64,000 nucleotides of DNA from Candidatus Latescibacterota bacterium (lineage in GTDB: Bacteria; Latescibacterota; UBA2968; UBA8231), in NCBI GenBank assembly GCA_965204725.1, contig OZ242005.1:1568001-1632000 (forward strand), written 5' to 3'. Below are positions 39,356-47,403 of the stretch, one piece after another (position 1 is the first letter of the stretch; the number at the start of each line of letters is the position of its first letter). A program made the translations under genes and the position numbers. The notes beneath the pieces were generated by a model. That model ran no database searches and was not told the origin of the DNA. It saw nothing but the letters and a program-made list of their open reading frames with translations.

Positions 39356-41472
39356 AAGCGACCCTCTGTGTGCGCGGTGCCCGGGCGGGCGGTCTGGCCG
39401 ATGTCGATATGGACTTGCCATTGGGCCGGATTATTTGCTTTACCGGCCGCAGCCACAGCGGCCGCCGCGCTATGGCCTTAGAAATCCTCTACGCCGAGAG
39501 CCGCCGGCGCTACATGCAGGCCCTGTCGCCGGCCGAACGCGCGGGCGTCAGCGGAACGGGACGCGCCGATGTAGATGAGATAGCGGGTTTGCCGCCGGCC
39601 ATTTACTTGGGGCCGCCGCGCCGCGGCCGCACGGTTGGGGACTACTTGCAGCTAGAGGGAATTTTGGCGCAGATCATGCTCGAAGACGGACAGCTGCACT
39701 GCCTCGAATGCGGCGGTCGCTGCCGCAGCTATGCGGCCGACGAGGTCGAGCGCGCAGTGGCCCACGCCTACCGAGAAGCCCGCTGTTTGGTCTTGGCCCC
39801 GTTGGCAGTGCAGAGTGCCGGGATGTGGCAACAGCTCGTGCAAGCCGGGTTTACGCGGGTCGCAATTGACGGCCAGATCCAGCGGTTGGAAGGCGATGGA
39901 CCCGCATTGCCGGGCGGCGCAAACGAGGTCCACGTCGTGGTGGACCGCTTGGTGCCCGACCCACACGGCAGCGTGCGCTTTTTGGAAGCCGTGCGGACGA
40001 GCCGCTCCATTTCGTCGGGGCGGACGGTGGTTTGGGTAGATGGAACCAGCGAGACGATGCACTTGAACCAGCCGCCGACCTGCGACCAGTGCGGCCGCCA
40101 GTACGAGCCGCTCGCCGCCGACTTTGGCGCGGACCAGCCCTGGGCCGGGGCGGTGACCCTGCACGGCCGCACCATGGCCGAGCTCATGGACGCCCCCCTC
40201 GGCCTGTTGCGCGATTGGCTGGCAAAGGGAAAGGGGCACGGGTACGCCAAAGTAGAGGCTGCGCTCGCCGAGGCCAGCGGCTTGGGGCTGGGATGCGTAC
40301 CCTTGAGCCGCCGCCTCGAATCGCTGGCAGCGGGCGAGTGGCAGTGCCTGCAACTCGCTTCCTGTCTCAGCAGCGGCCTGACGGGCATCCTCTACATTTT
40401 GGAGGGGTTGGGCAGCCCGTTGTCCGGGGGGATGCTGGACGCGGTCGCGGCGAGTCTCCGGCGATTGGTCGCGGGCGGCAATACCGCGCTGTTGTTGGAG
40501 CACACGCCTGAACTCGTGGCGGTCGCAGACGAAACGTGGGCGTTTGCCCAAGGGCGAGCGCGGATGGCAGCGGCGACCGAGTTGGAGCGGGATGGAGCCG
40601 GTACAAAACGGGTCGCCGCGCCAGCGGACCTTGCGTTGGTCATTCGCGGGGACGGCGTGGTCGGGCCGCTTGCTATTGAGCTGCCGCACGGGCGGTTGAC
40701 CTGCATAGCGGGGCCTTCCGGCAGCGGCAAAACCCGCTTGCTACACGAAGTCTTGCTGCCGCTGTTGAAGGGGCAGCCCGTTGAGTACGCGGCGGCCGGT
40801 GCGCCGAGGAACAGCCGCGTTGCAACGGTGGAAGCCCCGAGCGGCCAGTCCACGGTTTTGGCCGGGTTGGGCCTTTTCGAGCGCGTGGCCGACTTGTACG
40901 CGGCCGCGCCAGTGGCCACGGCGCAGGGCTGGTCGCGGGACGCCTTCTTGTTGGATCGGCCGGGGGGGCGTTGTCCGAGTTGCGAAGGCCGCGGTCAACG
41001 CCATTTCGATTTGGGGTTTTTAGAAGATGTAACGAGCGGGTGCGCCGATTGCGAGGGCCGCCGGTATCGAGACGAAATCTGCGCGGTGACGCTGCGCGGC
41101 GCGAGCATCGCCGAGGTGTTGGGCATGACCTTAGAACAGGCTGGTACCCACTTCGCCCGGCAGGACCCCATTGGCCCGCGCCTAGCCGCGGCCGTCGGCT
41201 GCGGTCTCGGCTACTTGACCTTAGGGCAGGAGGTGCAGGAGCTGGAGCGCGGGGAATGGCTGCGGCTGCGGTTGGCCCTCGAATCAACGCGCGCTTCCCG
41301 GCGCACTTGGCTGATAATTGACGACCCGGCCGGCGGCGATCACCCGCAAGACGTGCAGGCGCTGGTTGCGGCCCTGCGGGGGCTGGTCGATCGGGGCGTC
41401 ACGGTCGTCGTCGCCGACCAGCATCCAGCGGTGAAGGAAGCGGCGGATTGGGTGGTTGATTTGACGCCCTAG
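39352..41472 (+). CDS. Degenerate UvrA-like protein
   Basis: YAESRRRY, GLPPAI, VVVDRL, GLTGILYIL, GPSGSGKT, GGRCPSCEG, GLGYLTLGQ; 706 aa; many ABC motifs altered. Confidence 0.85.
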   Translation: MKATLCVRGARAGGLADVDMDLPLGRIICFTGRSHSGRRAMALEILYAESRRRYMQALSPAERAGVSGTGRADVDEIAGLPPAIYLGPPRRGRTVGDYLQLEGILAQIMLEDGQLHCLECGGRCRSYAADEVERAVAHAYREARCLVLAPLAVQSAGMWQQLVQAGFTRVAIDGQIQRLEGDGPALPGGANEVHVVVDRLVPDPHGSVRFLEAVRTSRSISSGRTVVWVDGTSETMHLNQPPTCDQCGRQYEPLAADFGADQPWAGAVTLHGRTMAELMDAPLGLLRDWLAKGKGHGYAKVEAALAEASGLGLGCVPLSRRLESLAAGEWQCLQLASCLSSGLTGILYILEGLGSPLSGGMLDAVAASLRRLVAGGNTALLLEHTPELVAVADETWAFAQGRARMAAATELERDGAGTKRVAAPADLALVIRGDGVVGPLAIELPHGRLTCIAGPSGSGKTRLLHEVLLPLLKGQPVEYAAAGAPRNSRVATVEAPSGQSTVLAGLGLFERVADLYAAAPVATAQGWSRDAFLLDRPGGRCPSCEGRGQRHFDLGFLEDVTSGCADCEGRRYRDEICAVTLRGASIAEVLGMTLEQAGTHFARQDPIGPRLAAAVGCGLGYLTLGQEVQELERGEWLRLRLALESTRASRRTWLIIDDPAGGDHPQDVQALVAALRGLVDRGVTVVVADQHPAVKEAADWVVDLTP

Positions 41473-41610
41473 ACGCCCTAAAAGTCGCACCGTCGCTGTA
41501 CCATCTTACCTTGCGGGATGTATTGCTCCTATCTATCTTTTTGAAGGTAGATGCTCAAGTAGAATGAGGTGAATAATGCGGTATTTAAGCCCCGAGCAAG
41601 GGGCTTTCTA

Positions 41611-42078
41611 ATGCGGGTCGGACAGAAGTTACAAGAGGAGGTCATCGCCCACTTGGACCTAGACGGGTACGCAGTGTGCGGGCCGCAGGAGTCAATCGCC
41701 GAAGTACTCAAGAAGATGCGCCACCAACACGTCAGTGCCGTGCTGGTGCAAGAGGCCGGCCGCTTGGTGGGGATTTTTACCGAGCGCGACGCGCTCACAA
41801 AGGTGGTCGATCAGCCGGCGACGTGGACGCGGCCGGTGGCCGAGTTGATGACGCGCGATCCGCATAGCTTGGATGCCCAGCAGCCGATCCGCAGCGCCCT
41901 GCGGCTGATGAACGCGGGCGACTACCGCAACGTGCCGATTGTAGATGAAAATGGCCGCATACAGGGCAATTTGCCCCAGCACGAGGTCATCCGCTTTCTC
42001 ACCGATCAGTTTCCCGAAGATATCTACAACCTGCCGCCGGACCCCGAGCGCATAGCCCGCACCAGAGAGGGCGCTTGA
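41611..42078 (+). CDS. CBS-pair domain protein
   Basis: LVGIFTERD, LMTRDP, YRNVPIVD; start 41569 or 41611. Confidence 0.88.
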   Translation: MRVGQKLQEEVIAHLDLDGYAVCGPQESIAEVLKKMRHQHVSAVLVQEAGRLVGIFTERDALTKVVDQPATWTRPVAELMTRDPHSLDAQQPIRSALRLMNAGDYRNVPIVDENGRIQGNLPQHEVIRFLTDQFPEDIYNLPPDPERIARTREGA

Positions 42079-42136
42079 GCATGCGCTGCGAAGCGGGGAT
42101 TTTTTCTTTTTACGGTTAGTTAAGGAGGTCGAGGGC

Positions 42137-44011
42137 ATGGCCGAAATCGGGGCCTTGTTGCCACCTACGGACAAGCGAGAGTACTCGCAAGAAGAGCGCC
42201 AATCTGTAGTCATTGCATTTTCCGGCGATTCGGGCGATGGGATGCAGCTAACCGGCGGGCAGTTTACCAATACTTCGGCCGTGATGGGCAACGATGTGAG
42301 TACATTTCCCGACATTCCGGCCGAAATCCGCGCCCCGGCCGGGACCATCCCCGGGCTGAGCGGCTATCAAGTCAACTTTGCGGCCGACGATCTCTACACG
42401 GCCGGCGACTCGCCCCAAGTACTGGTCGCGATGAACCCGGCCGCGCTCAAAGCCAATTTGCCCGATCTCGAGCCGGGCGGGGCCATCATCGTCAATACCG
42501 ATCCATTCAACCGCAACGGTCTCCGCAAGGCTGGGTACGAGAAAAATCCGCTCGAAGACGGCAGCCTCCGTGGCTACGACGTGCATCCGGTTCCCCTGAC
42601 GACCCTGACCCGCAATGCCCTCGCCGACATCGAGGGCATGAGCAACCAAGCCAAGGACACGTGCAAGAATGCCTTTGTCTTGGGCTTGGTGTTCTGGATG
42701 TTCGACCGCCCGCTCGACTACACGCTCAAGTTTTACCAGACCAAGTTCGCCGGCCGGCCCGAGGTCGTTGAGGCCAATACGAGGGCCTTAAAAGCGGGCT
42801 ACTACTACGGAGAAACGGCCGAGACCTTTCAGACCCAGATCTCGGTGCCCAAGCGGCAGATTATCGAGCAAGGAGTGTACAAGCGGCTCACGGGCAATGA
42901 GGCGCTTGTCTTGGGGCTGGTAACGGCCGCGCAAAAGGCCGGCAAACCGCTCTTTTACGGCTCGTATCCCATCACGCCGGCCAGCACCATTCTGGAGGGC
43001 TTGGCGGGGCTGAAAAACTTCGATGTGCGGACGTTTCAGGCCGAGGACGAAATCGCGGCCATGGGTTCGGTGATTGGCGCGGCCTTTGCCGGCAGTCTCG
43101 CAGCTACCGCCAGCAGCGGCCCGGGGATCGCGCTCAAGAGCGAGGCGATCAACTTGGCCGTAGTTATGGAGCTGCCGCTGGTGGTTATCGATGTCCAGCG
43201 CGGCGGCCCTAGCACCGGCTTGCCCACCAAGACCGAGCAGGCCGACTTGCTGGAGGTGCTCTACGGACGCAACGGCGAAAGCCCGATCCCGGTCGTTGCT
43301 CCGGCCACTCCGGGCGAATGCTTCGCCATGGTCATCGAGGCATTCCGCATTGCCGTGCGCTATATGACGCCGGTCTTTCTCCTATCCGACGGGTACGTGG
43401 CCAACAACTCCGAGCCATGGAAAATACCCGACCCGGATTCCATCGCCGCCATTGATGCCGAGCCGCACGTCGATCCCGACGGCTACCAACCCTACATGCG
43501 CGACCCGCAGACGTTGGCCCGGCCTTGGGTCTTGCCGGGGACGCCGGGCATGGAGCACCGGATCGGCGGCTTGGGCAAGCAGGATGTGACGGGCAATGTA
43601 TCCTACGCGCCCGAAGACCACGAGCGCATCGTCCACGTCCGGGCGGCCAAAGTCCGCGGCATTGCTAATTTCGTGCCCGAGCTGGAAGTGATCGGCCCCG
43701 AGCAAGGGGACCTGCTGGTCTTGGGCTGGGGGGGGACCTACGGCGCCATTCGCGCCGCGGTTGAGCAAGTGCAGGGCGAGGGCCTCGACGTGGCCTACGC
43801 GCACCTGCGCTACTTGAACCCATTTCCCCGCAACCTCGGCAACGTGCTCAGCCGCTACAAGCAAGTGTTGGTGCCCGAGCTAAACTTGGGCCAGTTGGCC
43901 TTGTTGGTCCAGGCGCACTTCCCCGTGCGCGTCGTCAAGCTGAACAAGGTCCAAGGATGCCCCTTCCAAATTCGGGAAGTGGCCGACAAAATTCGCCAGA
44001 TGCTGAGCTAA
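42137..44011 (+). CDS. korA: 2-oxoacid:acceptor oxidoreductase alpha subunit (gamma-fused)
   Basis: GDSGDGMQLTG, EIRAPAG, YPITP, QAEDEIAA, QRGGPSTGLPT, PELNLGQL. Confidence 0.93.
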   Translation: MAEIGALLPPTDKREYSQEERQSVVIAFSGDSGDGMQLTGGQFTNTSAVMGNDVSTFPDIPAEIRAPAGTIPGLSGYQVNFAADDLYTAGDSPQVLVAMNPAALKANLPDLEPGGAIIVNTDPFNRNGLRKAGYEKNPLEDGSLRGYDVHPVPLTTLTRNALADIEGMSNQAKDTCKNAFVLGLVFWMFDRPLDYTLKFYQTKFAGRPEVVEANTRALKAGYYYGETAETFQTQISVPKRQIIEQGVYKRLTGNEALVLGLVTAAQKAGKPLFYGSYPITPASTILEGLAGLKNFDVRTFQAEDEIAAMGSVIGAAFAGSLAATASSGPGIALKSEAINLAVVMELPLVVIDVQRGGPSTGLPTKTEQADLLEVLYGRNGESPIPVVAPATPGECFAMVIEAFRIAVRYMTPVFLLSDGYVANNSEPWKIPDPDSIAAIDAEPHVDPDGYQPYMRDPQTLARPWVLPGTPGMEHRIGGLGKQDVTGNVSYAPEDHERIVHVRAAKVRGIANFVPELEVIGPEQGDLLVLGWGGTYGAIRAAVEQVQGEGLDVAYAHLRYLNPFPRNLGNVLSRYKQVLVPELNLGQLALLVQAHFPVRVVKLNKVQGCPFQIREVADKIRQMLS

Positions 44012-44020
44012 AGCAGGGAG

Positions 44021-45052
44021 ATGGAGACCGAGATGGCCGAAGCCGTTGTACAAACTGGGTTGAGCCGCAAGGATTTTGTTTCCGACCAAGAGGTTCGCTG
44101 GTGCCCCGGGTGCGGCGACTACGCGATTTTGGCCCAAATGCAAAAGATGCTGCCCGAAGTGGGAATTCCCCGCGAAAACATCGTATTCGTCTCCGGGATC
44201 GGCTGCTCTAGCCGCTTTCCTTACTACATGAATACGTACGGCATTCACTCGATCCACGGGCGTGCGCCCACAATCGCCACGGGCATCAAAACGGCCAACC
44301 CAGATTTGAGCGTTTGGGTCATCACTGGCGATGGCGACGGGCTGTCAATCGGGGGCAATCACCTCCTGCACAGCCTCCGGCGCAATGTCGATCTGAAGAT
44401 CATTCTGTTCAACAACCGGATCTACGGGCTTACCAAAGGCCAGTACTCGCCGACCTCGCTGCTCGGGCACCGCACTAGGTCCACCCCCATGGGGTCCATT
44501 GACTATCCACTCAACCCGATCTCTGTGGCGCTGAGTGCCGAAGCGACCTTTGTCGCCCGCACGCAAGACACCAACACCAAGCACCTGAGCTATGTGCTCA
44601 AGCGCGCGGCCGAACACCGAGGAGCGGCCTTTGTCGAGATCTACCAAAACTGCGTCGTGCTCAACCCCACGGCTTGGGAACACACCACGGATTCGGACGT
44701 GCGCGACGACAATATCGTGTTCTTGGAGGAAGGGCAGCCCCTCGTTTTTGGCAAGGATCGGGACCGGGGCATCCGCATGAACGGCACGGAACCCGAGGTC
44801 GTCGCACTCAGCGAGGTGGCCCTCGACGAGTTGGTCGTGCATCGCCAAGGGCGCGAAAACGCCAGCTATGCCTATATGCTCAGCCGGATGGAATACCCGG
44901 CGCTGCCGCTGCCCTTTGGCGTCCTGCGCGCCCTCGACCGGCCGACCTACACCGAGTTGTTGTTCGACCAAATCGCCGCAACTACCCAGCAGCGGGGTGC
45001 GGGCGATCTGGCGGCTCTGTTTAGCGCGGGCGATACTTGGGTCGTCGAATAG
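44021..45052 (+). CDS. korB: 2-oxoacid:ferredoxin oxidoreductase beta subunit
   Basis: WCPGCGD, SGIGCSSR, HGR, GDGD..NN TPP motif, YGLTKGQYSPT. Confidence 0.93.
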   Translation: METEMAEAVVQTGLSRKDFVSDQEVRWCPGCGDYAILAQMQKMLPEVGIPRENIVFVSGIGCSSRFPYYMNTYGIHSIHGRAPTIATGIKTANPDLSVWVITGDGDGLSIGGNHLLHSLRRNVDLKIILFNNRIYGLTKGQYSPTSLLGHRTRSTPMGSIDYPLNPISVALSAEATFVARTQDTNTKHLSYVLKRAAEHRGAAFVEIYQNCVVLNPTAWEHTTDSDVRDDNIVFLEEGQPLVFGKDRDRGIRMNGTEPEVVALSEVALDELVVHRQGRENASYAYMLSRMEYPALPLPFGVLRALDRPTYTELLFDQIAATTQQRGAGDLAALFSAGDTWVVE

Positions 45053-45063
45053 GAGAAGATCGA

Positions 45064-45582
45064 GTGATTTGCTCTTTGTGTTCCCACGACAATATCCCTG
45101 GCGTTGACCTCTGCGAGGGGTGTGGCCAGAGCCTGAGTGAAGCGTACCAAGACTGGGGGAGCGAGGAGTTCAAGGAGGTTTTTACCGAGCCGCTCTCCGC
45201 GCTCAATCCGCAGGAGATGGTCTGCGTGTCGCCAACGACTTCGTTGGCCGAGGTCATCGCCCTGCTCAAGGAGCGGCATGTGGGTTGCGTGTTGGTGACC
45301 GGCGAAGACGGGCAGTTAATCGGCATATTTACCGAGCGCGACATCCTCTACCGGGTGGCGGGCTTGATCCGCAATCTCGAACAGATCGCGGTGGAGAGCC
45401 TGATGACGCCTCGCCCCACCGCGCTCCGAGCCGATGCGGCCGTGCAACACGCCCTGCACTTGATGAGCATTCACGGCTTTCGCCACGTGCCCCTGCTAGA
45501 CGACGCCGACCGCCCGGTTGGCTTGGTCTCGTTTAGGTACATCGTCCGTTTTATCGAAGAGAACTTTTCCTCCGCAGCCTGA
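45064..45582 (+). CDS. Zinc-ribbon + CBS-pair protein
   Basis: CSLC..CEGCG N-terminus; LIGIFTERD, FRHVPLLD; GTG after AGGAG. Confidence 0.85.
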   Translation: MICSLCSHDNIPGVDLCEGCGQSLSEAYQDWGSEEFKEVFTEPLSALNPQEMVCVSPTTSLAEVIALLKERHVGCVLVTGEDGQLIGIFTERDILYRVAGLIRNLEQIAVESLMTPRPTALRADAAVQHALHLMSIHGFRHVPLLDDADRPVGLVSFRYIVRFIEENFSSAA

Positions 45583-45616
45583 GGGCTCGCTCCTGTTTTT
45601 GAAAGGCGGTTGTGCC

Positions 45617-46099
45617 ATGTCATTGAGCCGCACGGCCATACATTCGCTCCTCGCGTTGGTTCTGTTAAGTCCCCTAGAGGGTAAGGCCGAATTGGACTGG
45701 GCCACCCTGAATAGCACACACGAGGTCACCGAAGCCGAGTGGTTGCAGTTGCAGCTATCTGTATTGGGGTTAAAACTGAGCTATCCGGCCTACCGCATTG
45801 ATCTAGAGCTAACCGGCGACTCGGCGATTGAATTTACCTTTGTCGCCAGCAGTGGAATGGCCAAGCATCTCACCGAAGACTTGGGCAAGCGCGAGGCCGA
45901 AGAGGTGATCTCCTACCATGCACAGGGTATCAGCGACCAAATAGAAACCCTGATCCGCGACCAATTCCCAGACTTGTGGTCGGGCTTTGACGCCATTGAA
46001 GATGTTCGCGGCCAGTTTCTCGGCCCGGGCGAGGAGTGGAACGACCCGCCGCGAGAAATCGGCACTTGGCTGGAAAACAAATTCTCTTGGGGGCGCTGA
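45617..46099 (+). CDS. Hypothetical exported protein
   Basis: Signal-peptide-like N-terminus, acidic mature region. Confidence 0.65.
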   Translation: MSLSRTAIHSLLALVLLSPLEGKAELDWATLNSTHEVTEAEWLQLQLSVLGLKLSYPAYRIDLELTGDSAIEFTFVASSGMAKHLTEDLGKREAEEVISYHAQGISDQIETLIRDQFPDLWSGFDAIEDVRGQFLGPGEEWNDPPREIGTWLENKFSWGR

Positions 46100-46111
46100 G
46101 GGCTAGCGCCC

Positions 46112-46348
46112 TCATTCCGGGTCGCGGTGCGGCATGGCCCCTTGGGTTGATTCGTCGAGGGAGATGTCCTTGTCGATGACCGGCTCTTCGGTGGTCACGA
46201 TCCAGCCGCGCACTCGCCGGCCGAAGATGCTAATTTCCTTGCGCTGGGCGTTGATGACCTTAGACGAAGCCGTATGCCGCTCTTTGTTGATACAGAAAAA
46301 GGTGTGCCGCCGCGTCATGCCCTTTTCCTTTCCTTCCATGCGTTCCAT
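46112..46348 (-). CDS. Small hypothetical protein
   Basis: GAGGGG SD just after hemE stop then ATG; fills gap between convergent genes; start uncertain. Confidence 0.55.
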   Translation of the reverse strand: MERMEGKEKGMTRRHTFFCINKERHTASSKVINAQRKEISIFGRRVRGWIVTTEEPVIDKDISLDESTQGAMPHRDPE

Positions 46349-46361
46349 TGGCCGTCCCCTC

Positions 46362-47399
46362 TTAGGTTTGCCCGAACTGGTGGACCGCATCCACTAACAA
46401 TTTGACCTTTTCATAAGGCGTGTCTGGATAGACGCCGTGCCCCAAGTTGAAGATGTGGGGTCGGCCCCGGCCCCAGCCCTGTGCGAGAATGCGCTGGGCG
46501 GCCGCCGCAAGGCTCGCGTCCGAGCCGTAGAGGGCGCAGGGGTCTAGATTGCCCTGTAAAGGCATGGCATCTCCGAACAACCCATAAGCCGCGTCTAGAT
46601 CGATCCGCCAATCGAGGCTTAGGACGTGTGCGCCGACGCGGCCAAAGCAGGATAGGTGTTGCGCCCCGGCCAGCGGAAAGTAAATGATCGGCGCATTCAG
46701 GGGGGCGAGGCGGCGGCAAACGCGCTGGACATAGGGCAGGGCGAATTCCTTGAATTGCGCCGGCGACAACAAGCCAATGGACGTGTCGAAGAGCTGGATG
46801 GCTTGGGCACCGGCCTCGATCTGGGCGCGCAAGAAGCAGCCGACGAGGTCGCTGAGCAGGTCGAGTAGCCGGTGGGCGAGGTCGGGGTCGCTGTGGATCA
46901 TGCGGCGAAAAGCGGGGAAGTCTTTGGCATGGCTTCCTTCCACTAGCCAAGTCGCCAAGGTAAAAGGCCCACCGGCATACCCGAGGAGCGGGACGGCAGG
47001 CGGCAGGGCGTTGTGCGCTAGCCGGGCGGCTTCTAAGACGTAGGCGAGGTCGTCCTCGGGGACGGGGTTGCGGAGGCCGTTGACGTCGGCGGCCGAGCGG
47101 ACCGGGCGGGCAAAGACCGGGCCGGGTGCGTAGGTCAGCTCGCAGCCGAGGGCTTCTAGGGGGGTCACGAGGTCGGTAAAGAGAATGGCCGCATCGACCC
47201 CGAGCAAATCGACCGGCATGAGGGTAATCTCAGCGGCGAGCTCGGGGGTTTTGAAAAGGGTGAGCAGCGAGCCGTGCCGCTGGCGCAGTGCTCGGTAGGG
47301 CTTGAGGATGCGGCCCGCTTGGCGCATGATCCAGATAGGAGGAGTGGCCGGTACTTGGCCCCGACAGGCTTGGAGAAAGGGGGCGGACGGATCGGACAA
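46362..47399 (-). CDS. hemE: Uroporphyrinogen decarboxylase
   Basis: PIWIMRQAGR, DAAILFTD, GGPFTLA, IQLFD, LQGNLDP, FNLGHG. Confidence 0.95.
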   Translation of the reverse strand: MSDPSAPFLQACRGQVPATPPIWIMRQAGRILKPYRALRQRHGSLLTLFKTPELAAEITLMPVDLLGVDAAILFTDLVTPLEALGCELTYAPGPVFARPVRSAADVNGLRNPVPEDDLAYVLEAARLAHNALPPAVPLLGYAGGPFTLATWLVEGSHAKDFPAFRRMIHSDPDLAHRLLDLLSDLVGCFLRAQIEAGAQAIQLFDTSIGLLSPAQFKEFALPYVQRVCRRLAPLNAPIIYFPLAGAQHLSCFGRVGAHVLSLDWRIDLDAAYGLFGDAMPLQGNLDPCALYGSDASLAAAAQRILAQGWGRGRPHIFNLGHGVYPDTPYEKVKLLVDAVHQFGQT

Positions 47400-47403
47400 A
47401 ACG

